In this document: one piece after another, positions 1 to 10,617 of the stretch
How the letters are laid out: the number at the start of each line of letters is the position of its first letter
How positions within the stretch are numbered: the stretch's first letter is position 1
DNA from: a virus
Length of the DNA: 64,000 nt
Direction: 5' to 3' (one strand)
Virus record (IMG/VR): IMGVR_UViG_3300042691_053605
Coordinates: 64,001 to 128,000 of that record
The notes under the pieces: model-generated
What the model saw: only the letters and a program-made list of their open reading frames with translations
What the model was told of the DNA's origin: nothing
Databases searched by the model: none
Position numbers and translations under genes: made by a program

Positions 1-1
1 A

Positions 2-247
2 AATATCAAAAAATCGTCGGGATTTTGTCTTGTAAACTATGGAGATACAAAAACCGCTGCCGAGAGAGAAGAAACTCTTAAACGCAGAGAAAAAGCCTGG
101 GCAAATAATCTGGATAAAAATTTTGGAAATCACTACGTAAAAGGGAAAGCAAAAAACTGGATCTGGGATAAAACCGAGCTTATCGATATTCGAACTACTA
201 ATTATTCATGGGTTTTGCAAAAACTTAAAGAACTGAAATCCCTTTAA
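2..247 (+). CDS. Partial CDS (3' end), unknown function
   Basis: Frame open from base 2 (NIKKSSGF...LKELKSL) to TAA 245-247, which overlaps the SET ATG (TAATG coupling); not in ORF track. Confidence 0.65.
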   Translation, partial: NIKKSSGFCLVNYGDTKTAAEREETLKRREKAWANNLDKNFGNHYVKGKAKNWIWDKTELIDIRTTNYSWVLQKLKELKSL

Positions 248-663
248 TGAAAATAGGTCAACACCAAAAGATCCGCGTAGACCGTTCCTCTATACATGGT
301 TGGGGCGTTTACGCGGATGAAGATATACAGTTAGGAGTACTTATAGAATCCGCTCCTGGAATATCTGTCCCATTTGAAATACTCAAGCTATGCTATTACA
401 TTTTAACATCAGATGGAATCCCACCAGAAGAATTGGTGCTGGATCAATACGGAATAGGTTGGCCAGGAGAACGGGTTCTCTTTCCGCTAGGATGGGTAGG
501 CCTATACAACCATTCAGATTGCCCATCTGCGGAATTTGTGTTTCTGCCCGAACCCAATACCGTTGGAATACGGTCTCTAAGAGAAATCGCCGCAGGCGAA
601 GAGATTACTGTTAACTATGGAGAGGAGTGGTGGGAGCGGAAGAGCTACCTCCAGAAATCTTGA
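247..663 (+). CDS. SET-domain protein-lysine methyltransferase-like
   Basis: SSIHGWGVYA, YNHSDCPS and GEEITVNYG motifs of SET domains. Confidence 0.85.
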   Translation: MKIGQHQKIRVDRSSIHGWGVYADEDIQLGVLIESAPGISVPFEILKLCYYILTSDGIPPEELVLDQYGIGWPGERVLFPLGWVGLYNHSDCPSAEFVFLPEPNTVGIRSLREIAAGEEITVNYGEEWWERKSYLQKS

Positions 664-1372
664 GTTCGTATTCGTCAAAGGCGTCCTCGATTTCAATGAT
701 GATGCTATTTCTTACAATATCCTCTTTTACAAAACTCATTACGCCAAATCGCGATTTTTCCTTAAATAAGTCCATCACCACTTCAAGAGATGACAACTTC
801 TTATTTTTAAGATCAATCTGTTTGGTATCTCCAATAATAACCATTTTGCTGTCTTCACCGATACGGGTCATGGCAGTTCTCATGTTTTTTAAGGAAACAT
901 TTTGAGCCTCATCTAAAATGATAATTGTATTATCAATGGATCTTCCGCGAATATAGGCTAATGGAAGTATCTGAATTACTTCTTTCTCCATTAACTTATT
1001 AGTAAGCTCTTTTCCAATGATCTTATGAAAGTTATCTAAAAAGGACTCCATCACTGGTTCCATTTTATCTTTCAATGTTCCTTTTAGAAATCCTACATCT
1101 TCTCCTTCGGTTACGGTAACGCTTTTTGCAATAATAATCTTTTTGTAAAAATTATTGTTGTCTGCTAAGAGTTTAAGAGACTCTGCGCAGGCTACATAGG
1201 TTTTACCGGTTCCGGCTGGTCCTCCACAAATTACGATATCCTTTTTGTGAATGAGTCTGCTTAGCAGCCTTTGGTTTTCAGTTTTTGCAAGGAAATTTAC
1301 CTTGACTGTTGCTGGCTGTTCGTACTGAACTGCCTCAGGCTTAGTAGCCTGCTTTGTTTTTCTTGCTGCCAT
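611..1372 (-). CDS. phoH: PhoH-family ATPase
   Basis: GPAGTGKT, GFLKG, LAYIRGRS, ILDEAQN, TRIG, GDTKQID, DIVRN motifs. Confidence 0.95.
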   Translation of the reverse strand: MAARKTKQATKPEAVQYEQPATVKVNFLAKTENQRLLSRLIHKKDIVICGGPAGTGKTYVACAESLKLLADNNNFYKKIIIAKSVTVTEGEDVGFLKGTLKDKMEPVMESFLDNFHKIIGKELTNKLMEKEVIQILPLAYIRGRSIDNTIIILDEAQNVSLKNMRTAMTRIGEDSKMVIIGDTKQIDLKNKKLSSLEVVMDLFKEKSRFGVMSFVKEDIVRNSIIIEIEDAFDEYELKISGGSSSAPTTPLHS

Positions 1373-1927
1373 CTATACTTTTACTGTTTCCACTTTAACA
1401 TCAGACTCTTTCTCGAGTTCCTTTGCGTGGTCTAGGTTTTCTTGGTTATCGTCAAAAAAGATAAAATCGTGGTAGCCATCGGTTATCAGTCCACGAAGTG
1501 CCTCAGATTTTCTCTGAGCAATGCTGCCTTTGAATCCGTATTTAGGATCATTAACTGCAATAACTAGGTCCGGGTGAATATCAATACCATTTTCCAGGAA
1601 AAAAGTTCTAATCATACTCGAAGAAGACCGTGCTGTAAGTATACAAACATGTACGCCTTTTTTGTAATAGTCTTTCAATTTTTCCATTACATGCGTAATA
1701 AATTCTGCTTCACGGAGTACATCAATACTTTCAAAATCACTAAAAGAAAGCGAATGCTTTTTAGGATCCATCTTAAAGAAATTAAATTCCGCGGGAGTTA
1801 GCGATTTGATAACCGCGCCTTTACGATTAAGAACTTGAATTTTTGCAGAAGATATGATTAAGGTGTCATCCAAATCGAAAACGGCAAGTTTTCCTGCTTT
1901 GGTACCTTTGATATTGGCCTCGTTCAT
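1373..1927 (-). CDS. HAD-superfamily phosphatase (PNKP 3'-phosphatase-like)
   Basis: FDLDDT motif I, ILTARS motif II, K, FFDD motif IV. Confidence 0.75.
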   Translation of the reverse strand: MNEANIKGTKAGKLAVFDLDDTLIISSAKIQVLNRKGAVIKSLTPAEFNFFKMDPKKHSLSFSDFESIDVLREAEFITHVMEKLKDYYKKGVHVCILTARSSSSMIRTFFLENGIDIHPDLVIAVNDPKYGFKGSIAQRKSEALRGLITDGYHDFIFFDDNQENLDHAKELEKESDVKVETVKV

Positions 1928-1937
1928 AATTTTGTTT

Positions 1938-1945
1938 TATTTATC
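1938..1945 (-). promoter_or_regulatory. Late-type promoter GATAAATA
   Basis: GATAAATA just upstream of HAD ATG; motif class recurs before other genes. Confidence 0.45.
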
Positions 1946-4900
1946 TCAGTTTGCTAGGTAAACTTCTAGATAGTTTGGATTGTACTTAGTCTGAGTATTT
2001 CCATTACTATCGGTAATACTTAATTCTAAATCATACAAACCAGTTTCCATAAATGTCCAAAGGAATGACGGATCAATTACAGAACATACTTTAGTGCCAT
2101 CATGGTATAAATTCCATCGATAAGAAGTTTTGCCTGCAATATCCGACGCGTCAGAAGTAAAGAGCACCGAAGCGCCAGCAGGAATTTTCTTTTCCGCTAC
2201 ACCAATAGTGGAATCTTCCCATGTAAACGCAGAATTAATAGAATCTTCATACAAAAGTCTCATTGACTGCCATTGTTTAGTTCTGCTCCAAATTTTTGAA
2301 TTTGTAGGCTGAAACTTAAATGGAAGACTTAAAGGAACATACGCATAAAAAGTAGAACTGCTACCGGAACCGGCAATTTGAGGGCCGTTTGTATACAAAA
2401 TGTTATCATTTACAGAATTTATTGCGGTTCGGCTATTTTCAAAAAAGGTAGTTGTGCTGGTATTTCCAAGATACATTCCCTCATATAGGGTTCCACCTGA
2501 AGTTTGAACTACCACATTTGTCAACTCATATTTATTATAGTCATAAATTAATGCGGGATCTTCTGAGTAATCTGCGCTAAAATATACAGCGGTCTTTCCA
2601 AGTATTCCACGAGTTTTGTCCACTAAAACGCATTCAAAACTTTGGCTTTCTCCATCGCCATCGGTATCGGCAATATAAATTTTAAGATAATCTCCAGATG
2701 ATACTGCGGGAACCGTTGTTGTTAATGGAGTAATGAAACAAAAATCATCATACTCGGTAATTGTAATATCGGCAGACGGGCTGAAAAGTACTTCAACTCC
2801 TGCAGAATTGTATACCTTAACCAGGGCTTTAGGCCTAAACGTTTCAAAATTGTAAGAATTCCAGGAATTTCTTGCGTAAAAGCCGTAGTAGTCCTCGTCA
2901 TTTGTATAGTTTTCAAAAGACGGATTATACGGCTGACCGGATTCCTGTAAGAAAACCTGTGGAGCGCGATAAGGTGCAGCAAATTGTAGTAGACTACTAT
3001 CCAGGCTGCCGCCATAAAAACTATTCCAGTCTTTTACCCAGTTAAAGAAATTTCCTAACGGCAGAGTGTTACCACCATTGCTGTATTTGTTTTGTGTAAT
3101 AAATGCGTAGTTTTGATAGAAACTCATATCAATATTTGGAAGACCTAAATTGGTATATCCTAATAAATCTGTTCCTGGAGTTTTCCCCTGTACTGTAACA
3201 TAATAATTTGCATTAACAAGACCGCTATCACGTACAATTTTTACCAATGAACTTCTGTATGGATAAACCTCAAGACACATATAATTACTTGTTACGCCTG
3301 CTACTTGATCCAGAGTAATACTTTTAACAAATCCGTTTTCTCGTACAATCTGTCCAATGTTTGGCCCAAATTCGCCTATTACGCTGGAAGTATTTGGATC
3401 GTAAATATACCCTCCAAGAGGTAAACTGTCTCTATAACCTACAATATTAGTAATAACTCTGCTATTGGATTCAAGATTTCCGTGTATTACGCATGCCGGG
3501 ATCCATGGTCTAGATCCTACGGCGGCAGAGGTTGCTCCTATCAATATACTTGTAGGCGAACTATTAAAAACGTACCACCCAGGTTGAATGCCTTCTGCTT
3601 GTATTGAGCTTCCTTGTAATAAGCCTGTGAGTGAAGAAGTATCTCCAAACATAATATTGTTTGCAGGATTCCCCCAAGAAAACACACCGTAATATATGTG
3701 TTGGCCGTCTCGCTCTTCTACATTGTAATAAAATTTGGAAAGACCTGGGTTTTCATTTCTTTTTATGGTTCCGGTGGGATCATAAAAATTATTGTTTAAC
3801 AGGTCTGACATATATGTTGTTACGACAGAAGCGTCGGGCGGACACCCTGACAAATCAATTTCATACGGAATATCTTCATTAAATTGAATAGTCTGGCCTG
3901 CATAATTTGAATCATCATCTACCGCGATACGCGTGCTTGCAGGAAGCGTATAGTTCCAGTCAAGCGTGGTCCAGGTTTGTGAACATGAGTTTTCCCAATT
4001 CAGAGTAACTGCTTCATCCCAAGCAGTCTTTGTACCTAAATGTGTTTCTGCGTAGTCTTCATCAAAATCAGTAGCAGATTCTTCAAAAGTAGAGTCACAA
4101 CGATAAAGTTCTTGATCATCATCATTTAATGTTAATATGCTCCAACCGGTATTTCCTAATTGTCCTACATTTTCCACTCTTAAAGAAAAATCGCCTTCTG
4201 AAATTCCATGATCGTAATACCAGCCTTCCCCGGTTGAAGTATCTGCAGGGAATTGAGTTGAACTTTCAAATGCAGGATATATTGGATGCGTATTGAAATC
4301 CATTGTAATCTCTAAGTTACTCAAAGAATTTGCCGAAGAAAATGTTCTTGTTGGAAACACATCATATTTGTATTCAATCCAAGTTTTATATCCATTGCTT
4401 AAATAATCCTGCAAAAGGCCTTCTAGCTCATTCATTTCTTTCCCATCAATAGTTGCGGCTTCAATTGCCACAACACTTGAAGGAGAATCTGACCAAATAT
4501 CCCATGGATGCCCTTGGTTGCTGGTAACTTCGTACATATTAATTGTACGGAAATGTTGTTCGTATACTACACTTGTAGGAACAAATTCCGTAGAATTGGA
4601 AATTTCAATTACGCTTCTTTCACCTGTTGAAGATTTTACAGCTGCAGCATACACATTGCTTCCACAATAGGTTAAATCAGTTATCGGCATACCTGGAGAA
4701 ATTGTTGAAGGCTCATACTGTACAGGCGCAATTGGCGTTTGACCGGAAGAAGTGCTTGAAAGAGGAAATACTTCTATTTCACCGGTATTTTCATAAGAAA
4801 CATATAAAGAATTTGTATTTGCATTATACGCTAATTTTTTAGGAATTGGCCTATTTAATAAAGTAGTATTGATTGTCGCAGTTGACCATGCCAAATTCGG

Positions 4901-7900
4901 TCTTTTTGAAAGCCTCATTTGCATGGATGAATTGGCGGCCAAAAACCAAAAATTAACGGTAGACTCCGCGTAATCTTTTAATGTGCCTGGCCCGTATAAA
5001 GGAAAGCTCGCTGAAGACACGTTAGAAACGTTTGAGGTCGTTGGATCCAAGTTAATCGCATAATAGCCTGGCAAAACGTTATTACCTATGATTAATCTAG
5101 AAGCGCTTAGATTTGCGGTACCAAAAAAGTTTACGTAATTTGTAGCATTGTAAAAAGGTCCTGTTGCGGTTCCAGTGTAAGTCCTTTCATATGTTTGTAA
5201 ATTTGTTGATGGATTAATTACGGACAAACCAGCAATACCAGGTCCAGACGTAAATGCAGGATCAAAATAAAACACATATATTTTATTTACCGTTCCACCA
5301 ATATAACTAACATTTCTAATCATAAGAGGATTAGCTCCGGTACTTGCCGGTTGGGCATTGGAGATTACCACCAGGCTGATAGCTAAACTTGCACAGTTAA
5401 TCCGTGTTAGCCTATTTGACCCAAATTCCCAGCAATACATACAATCAGCACCTGGAACGTACACCATACCATCAATAGTGCCAGGTCCAGCCACCGTAAA
5501 ACTAGTGGTTGTCATAGTAACGGTATTGACAATATCCACGGTTACCCCATTTCCGTAAACCCAAAGTTCTTTATTTGAAGGAGTATCACGAGCTACCATT
5601 TTTGCCTCTTGCGTACTATTGCTTAGAGATGCTGAACGAAGCTCTGTATAGTATTCATTAGCCTCGCCCACAATTAGAGAAATTTCAGTAAACCCTGGAC
5701 GAATTTCAGTTAACGGATCTGCTGTTGTAACATAGGTTCCGCTTCCAGATGTATTAATGTAAAACATTGCCCGGTTACCCCAGTTAAATTCTGTAGGGCT
5801 TTCTAACTTTTCTAGAGTTACCGCTGTAGTTACTGCGGAATTTGTAGGCCATGGAGTTACTAACAAATTTCCGTTAGGCCCGGTCAAATTTCGATATTTG
5901 TAAATTTGGCCGTTTACCCATTCTCTACCTACAAAAGAGTCATTTGCAAAATTAAGTAGTTCTATTCCCGAGTCATCTCCAGAAATTGGATCTGCAATTT
6001 TACTATTAATTGGAATTCCCCATTTGTACGGAGGCTGAGACTTAAGAGTTCTGCTGTTATTTAGAGGAGTATCATTGTTTCCTTGTAATCTTACATATTG
6101 TCCAGGAGTTAAAGTTTTTCCATTGTCTGGTGTATAGAGATCATCCTTAATAATCACAGTATTTCCAATTTCACGAAGGCATTCCCAAGAAGTTGGACTC
6201 ACCTCAAAATTCTGTGGCCATGTAAATCCAGAGTCTAAAACAATTGTAATGTTGGTTCCGGTAATAGAAGAGCTAACAACCTCTCCTTGAAAAGTATTTC
6301 CGTCTCTTCTAAAGAAAATCCATTCGCCTGCTTGTGGAAGAGGCCGTGCTTGTTCATCCGTTAAAGCAATTATTACCGAAGGCGTTGCAGAATTAAATGA
6401 AGAAACATTTCCTATTTTATTATCATACGCACTTACGCGATACACTTCCTTTAGAGGATTCACTGGAAAATTCCAATTGTTTTCTCGTGAAAGCGGAGAA
6501 ACATATAGGCTGTCCCAGAGTATATCACAGTCATCCCATGCGGTCCAGGTTTTGATAGGGTTTACCCATCTTCCCCAGAATTCATCCCACATAAAAATTC
6601 CTTCATCCCAAGTATCAACGCAATTTTGTTCCAGCTGCAATATATTTGAATCCGAACCCGCGTTTCCATCTTTGTGTGGAAGACCTGGTTTGTATGATGG
6701 ACCTATAAATCTGGTGGCATAAGAAGAAATTGCCTCGGGCATATAAACCTCAATGTAGTTTCTTTTTATCTCATTAACCCAGTTATTATCGGTGTCATAT
6801 ACTATAAGTTCTACACGGTAAAACCCTTTGTACGGAAGAGCAACCCTATGATTTAAGTGGTTATCAATACTGCTTCTGCCTGAAGTATATGTAAATGTAG
6901 GAGTTCCGTATTCGGAATCCACTTTCCATTCCATTTCGTAAAAATTACCACGGCCAATTTCATCCCATGTATACAAAACAGAAGTGTGCCCGCCGTAAAT
7001 TTTTGCTCCCGGAGAGTACAAATACCCGTTTCCGCCAGCGGTTAATCTAGCACCTTCATGCACATATATTGTTTGAGGACTTGGATTTGAAAAATTTGTG
7101 GTAAAAGAAGTAACATCAATGTAGGCTCCTACAGGATCTACATTCGTAATAACAGTTGGCTTTGGAATACCATCACCTACTACCATTGAACCCACATTGT
7201 ACGGCTGTGTTTGTGGAGCAACGTTAAATGTAGTAAAAATTCTTGAAGTTGTAGGACTAAGCACGCTGATGCTTGTAGCAGTTGCCTCTATTATTTGTAA
7301 TTTACCGTTTTCTAATTTAGTTACCGCGGTGGCTCCTATACCATCACCTCCTACAAATTCAATTGAAGGCGTTAATGAATAGCCGCTTCCTTGCGATACA
7401 ATTTCCACCGCAAGCACTGCCCCTGAAGTTATAGGATCATCATCAATGTATACATTTAGGCTGCCATCTTCCGCGCTCCATAAATCGTTCCAGCTAAACG
7501 CCATTTCATCCCAGGTAACCTCAAATCCTAAAGCAGTCAGATCCACAAATGCCGCAACCGGTGCTCCACTTTCATTGGTATTTCCTGTTTCTGGAACGCC
7601 ATCAAAATAGCCAACCTTTGGTCCTGGTACCAGTGTTTTTGCAATGTCATATGTTATTGCAGGTGTAGCAGAGGTTACCGGATCTATTGCAGTTAGTGTA
7701 TAATTTGAAAGAACTGGATATCCTTTACCAATGGTAGTAGTTTTTACGCCTTCCAAGGAATAATTAATATCATCATATGCAAGCTTAAACCCGGTTCCAG
7801 AACCTGATACATAAGCAGCATTTCCGTATAGCGTTGTATATGTTAAGCTACTTAACTGTGAAAATGCTTGAGGTAATTGCAAATATCGGCTATCCTGATT

Positions 7901-10339
7901 AAGATTATTTAGCACCGTAACTGATGTAACGCTTCCTCCGGTAACCGCAGCAACTCTAAGTCGAATAGGATTTGAAAATACTCCACCATTTAATACGATA
8001 ATGTCATTTACCGCATAACCAGATCCTCCTACTGAATTTCCACTTAAAGTATACGTACCGGGAAACGCTGTAACGTACGCAGATCCTTGCCATATCTGTG
8101 AAGGACTTGCTGAGGTAGAAGATGAAAGTATTATGTTTGGTATACGATCAAATGCAGCGGATGAATTTATAGTAATTCCTGTGATGTTGTATGTAGAATA
8201 AAAGCTACCAATTGTGTTTTGCCCAGGAACCATTACCTTTGCTGACGCCGTAGAATCGTATTCCCGCGCATCAATAAGTTTTACTCGATCTTCATCAGCA
8301 GTAAAATCTACGTTTCGTGTAGCAATAAATTCAAAACCCTGTACTCGGTCATTCCAGGTATTAGCAGCATATCTTTCATAATATACGCCTTCTCCTACAA
8401 TATCTACAATTCTTGCGCTTAGAGGCAAAAAGTTATTTGACAAATACTGCTTAAGAGCAAAGAGCTTAATTAAAACTTCTTCATTGCTGTACTGAAACGC
8501 ATCAATTGTAAGAGGAACTCCGTTTTCATCAAGTACTCCGTTTTCTTTATTTAGATCATAAAAAAGACCAAATTTATTTGTCTTTTTGTAAACCTTGTTA
8601 GGCAGCATTCCAATACTTGAATACGGAACACCTCTTTCCTGTAGTTGAAACGGGATTTGTATCTGTTTGTATTTTCCATAGTAAACATCATCTTTGTTTA
8701 CATTTAGCCAATACTCTTTAATTCGCAAATCATAATAGCCAAACCAGTTAACAATGTTTACGATACCTTTATACGAACCCATGTAAGGCCATATTTCATC
8801 GCCTTGCAAAAGCATTTCCTTTCTCTTCTTATTCAATAAAGAATAGTCGGGAAGATCTTCATACACATTACTGTCACGCATAATTAATTCTTGCGTTTCA
8901 GTAACATCCCTTCCAAAATTTTGTAGCAGTCTTCCAAGCCTTGCGTCTTCTCCTTCTGCCTCGCCTATCATAAATACCTGTGCAAGCAAAATCGGATTGT
9001 ACGGAAAGGTTACATCCTGCAAAACAAAAAGTTTATTGTATACTCCTTCGGTTCCTGCAGAAAAACCAAAATGATATTGCATCATTTTCTCCTCCACATT
9101 CATTGCAGCAATACGATACTGCAATTCATTATCATTAACCGGAGAACCGCTTGAACCTAAAGTATAAAAATCTGCTATTTGATTGGTAAAGTTTACATCA
9201 TAATCTCCATCCACTGGTGGAATCATTAGTGATTCCGACTTTGTTATGTACGGATAATCTTCTCCATAAGTGACTGTAAAAAGAAAAATTTCAGGTTCAA
9301 CGCCAAGAACAGATCCTTTCCATTGCGGAACCGCTCTAAAATAAGTTTCCTCGGTGGCAAAAATTGTATTAGCAATAATACCAATATCAGAATTTGTTTG
9401 AAAAAATACCGATGTGTCTGACACCTGAGTTACATCAAATACGCCATTAATTGCAATAGGATTTGTGTCATTTGCAATACGTATTTTCATTCCTGCAACA
9501 AACCCGTGCTTTTTATACGCTTGAAGAGAAGCTATCGGTCCGTTTGCGGTAAATGTATGTGAAGTTCTTATTGTGGTTGAATTGATAATTTCTAAAATTG
9601 TAGTACCTGCTGGAACATTTGTTCCTTCAAGAACCATACCCACTTCTAGAGTAATTACAGGAGAAGTTACAGATACTGCATAAATTTTATCATCGCCCGC
9701 AGAGGAATTAGCAGTAAAAGAATACTTCATTACTGTAACTCTTCCTGAGTAAGAATCTGAATTGTTAGGAATTACATTGTTACGAGTACTGCTAAAAGAA
9801 CCTACCCAATTTTTTGGTCCTTCGTCTGCTCTAGGATACGAATACAGAGGAGCACCTGTGGATTCTCCTATTAGAGGAATCATTTTCTCGGTAATGAAAA
9901 TTGATTGGTTTTCGACCAATCCTGTAGATACTCTATCAAAATAAGTTTCGCCTTTCCAAGAAGTTGCAGGATATTGAAACCCGGAATTACCAGTTTTCCA
10001 ATCAGAAAACCCGGTGTAGGTTAAACCATCAAATCCGGTAATTGTACCCGTAGCCAAATCAATACTTAAATCTGCAGGATCACTATCCCATACATAACCA
10101 TTAATGTTTGTAAATCGCAAAAAGGTTTGGCCACTTGGATCATAATTAAAACCGCCGCTCTGTATTTCAAGTGCTGCAATATGGCCTTCTCTATTAGTAA
10201 AAACTTCAAAGCTTGCGCCATACCCATTTGTTGCTGCTGTTGCAGGTTCTACAACAGTAACTGTTACCGCTAAATCCGGTTGTAAATTTAGCTCGTTTCC
10301 TTTTTTGTCAAAGAAATTTAGTCTGGAAGTAAGTATCAT
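1946..10339 (-). CDS. Giant (2797 aa) baseplate/virion structural protein with PKD-like domains
   Basis: Next to baseplate wedge genes; beta-rich, repeated GxGY motifs, PKD-like segments (GFYRVELIVYD; GLYDLELSITDSNG). Confidence 0.7.
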   Translation of the reverse strand: MILTSRLNFFDKKGNELNLQPDLAVTVTVVEPATAATNGYGASFEVFTNREGHIAALEIQSGGFNYDPSGQTFLRFTNINGYVWDSDPADLSIDLATGTITGFDGLTYTGFSDWKTGNSGFQYPATSWKGETYFDRVSTGLVENQSIFITEKMIPLIGESTGAPLYSYPRADEGPKNWVGSFSSTRNNVIPNNSDSYSGRVTVMKYSFTANSSAGDDKIYAVSVTSPVITLEVGMVLEGTNVPAGTTILEIINSTTIRTSHTFTANGPIASLQAYKKHGFVAGMKIRIANDTNPIAINGVFDVTQVSDTSVFFQTNSDIGIIANTIFATEETYFRAVPQWKGSVLGVEPEIFLFTVTYGEDYPYITKSESLMIPPVDGDYDVNFTNQIADFYTLGSSGSPVNDNELQYRIAAMNVEEKMMQYHFGFSAGTEGVYNKLFVLQDVTFPYNPILLAQVFMIGEAEGEDARLGRLLQNFGRDVTETQELIMRDSNVYEDLPDYSLLNKKRKEMLLQGDEIWPYMGSYKGIVNIVNWFGYYDLRIKEYWLNVNKDDVYYGKYKQIQIPFQLQERGVPYSSIGMLPNKVYKKTNKFGLFYDLNKENGVLDENGVPLTIDAFQYSNEEVLIKLFALKQYLSNNFLPLSARIVDIVGEGVYYERYAANTWNDRVQGFEFIATRNVDFTADEDRVKLIDAREYDSTASAKVMVPGQNTIGSFYSTYNITGITINSSAAFDRIPNIILSSSTSASPSQIWQGSAYVTAFPGTYTLSGNSVGGSGYAVNDIIVLNGGVFSNPIRLRVAAVTGGSVTSVTVLNNLNQDSRYLQLPQAFSQLSSLTYTTLYGNAAYVSGSGTGFKLAYDDINYSLEGVKTTTIGKGYPVLSNYTLTAIDPVTSATPAITYDIAKTLVPGPKVGYFDGVPETGNTNESGAPVAAFVDLTALGFEVTWDEMAFSWNDLWSAEDGSLNVYIDDDPITSGAVLAVEIVSQGSGYSLTPSIEFVGGDGIGATAVTKLENGKLQIIEATATSISVLSPTTSRIFTTFNVAPQTQPYNVGSMVVGDGIPKPTVITNVDPVGAYIDVTSFTTNFSNPSPQTIYVHEGARLTAGGNGYLYSPGAKIYGGHTSVLYTWDEIGRGNFYEMEWKVDSEYGTPTFTYTSGRSSIDNHLNHRVALPYKGFYRVELIVYDTDNNWVNEIKRNYIEVYMPEAISSYATRFIGPSYKPGLPHKDGNAGSDSNILQLEQNCVDTWDEGIFMWDEFWGRWVNPIKTWTAWDDCDILWDSLYVSPLSRENNWNFPVNPLKEVYRVSAYDNKIGNVSSFNSATPSVIIALTDEQARPLPQAGEWIFFRRDGNTFQGEVVSSSITGTNITIVLDSGFTWPQNFEVSPTSWECLREIGNTVIIKDDLYTPDNGKTLTPGQYVRLQGNNDTPLNNSRTLKSQPPYKWGIPINSKIADPISGDDSGIELLNFANDSFVGREWVNGQIYKYRNLTGPNGNLLVTPWPTNSAVTTAVTLEKLESPTEFNWGNRAMFYINTSGSGTYVTTADPLTEIRPGFTEISLIVGEANEYYTELRSASLSNSTQEAKMVARDTPSNKELWVYGNGVTVDIVNTVTMTTTSFTVAGPGTIDGMVYVPGADCMYCWEFGSNRLTRINCASLAISLVVISNAQPASTGANPLMIRNVSYIGGTVNKIYVFYFDPAFTSGPGIAGLSVINPSTNLQTYERTYTGTATGPFYNATNYVNFFGTANLSASRLIIGNNVLPGYYAINLDPTTSNVSNVSSASFPLYGPGTLKDYAESTVNFWFLAANSSMQMRLSKRPNLAWSTATINTTLLNRPIPKKLAYNANTNSLYVSYENTGEIEVFPLSSTSSGQTPIAPVQYEPSTISPGMPITDLTYCGSNVYAAAVKSSTGERSVIEISNSTEFVPTSVVYEQHFRTINMYEVTSNQGHPWDIWSDSPSSVVAIEAATIDGKEMNELEGLLQDYLSNGYKTWIEYKYDVFPTRTFSSANSLSNLEITMDFNTHPIYPAFESSTQFPADTSTGEGWYYDHGISEGDFSLRVENVGQLGNTGWSILTLNDDDQELYRCDSTFEESATDFDEDYAETHLGTKTAWDEAVTLNWENSCSQTWTTLDWNYTLPASTRIAVDDDSNYAGQTIQFNEDIPYEIDLSGCPPDASVVTTYMSDLLNNNFYDPTGTIKRNENPGLSKFYYNVEERDGQHIYYGVFSWGNPANNIMFGDTSSLTGLLQGSSIQAEGIQPGWYVFNSSPTSILIGATSAAVGSRPWIPACVIHGNLESNSRVITNIVGYRDSLPLGGYIYDPNTSSVIGEFGPNIGQIVRENGFVKSITLDQVAGVTSNYMCLEVYPYRSSLVKIVRDSGLVNANYYVTVQGKTPGTDLLGYTNLGLPNIDMSFYQNYAFITQNKYSNGGNTLPLGNFFNWVKDWNSFYGGSLDSSLLQFAAPYRAPQVFLQESGQPYNPSFENYTNDEDYYGFYARNSWNSYNFETFRPKALVKVYNSAGVEVLFSPSADITITEYDDFCFITPLTTTVPAVSSGDYLKIYIADTDGDGESQSFECVLVDKTRGILGKTAVYFSADYSEDPALIYDYNKYELTNVVVQTSGGTLYEGMYLGNTSTTTFFENSRTAINSVNDNILYTNGPQIAGSGSSSTFYAYVPLSLPFKFQPTNSKIWSRTKQWQSMRLLYEDSINSAFTWEDSTIGVAEKKIPAGASVLFTSDASDIAGKTSYRWNLYHDGTKVCSVIDPSFLWTFMETGLYDLELSITDSNGNTQTKYNPNYLEVYLAN

Positions 10340-10617
10340 TAGGTACGCATTCTATGGTTTTTTGGCACTGTATAATTAAACGCCTTTTTAATGCTTCCAA
10401 CAGCATCAATAAGATAAACTAAAAGAGTCTGAAACCGTAAAAAAGTGTATTCTTTACGCGGATCAACTAACATATATTTTGAAATTATCTTTCCCATTAA
10501 ACGATTTTCATAGTCAAATCCTTGGTTTTTTAGCGAGTCCTGCTGATGTATCATCCAATTGTAATAGCTTGGACGATCTAAATGAGGACCGGATTTAGGA
10601 GTTTCTTCTATAATCAT
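10339..10617 (-). CDS. Hypothetical protein, baseplate module
   Basis: Translationally coupled on both sides. Confidence 0.6.
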   Translation of the reverse strand: MIIEETPKSGPHLDRPSYYNWMIHQQDSLKNQGFDYENRLMGKIISKYMLVDPRKEYTFLRFQTLLVYLIDAVGSIKKAFNYTVPKNHRMRT

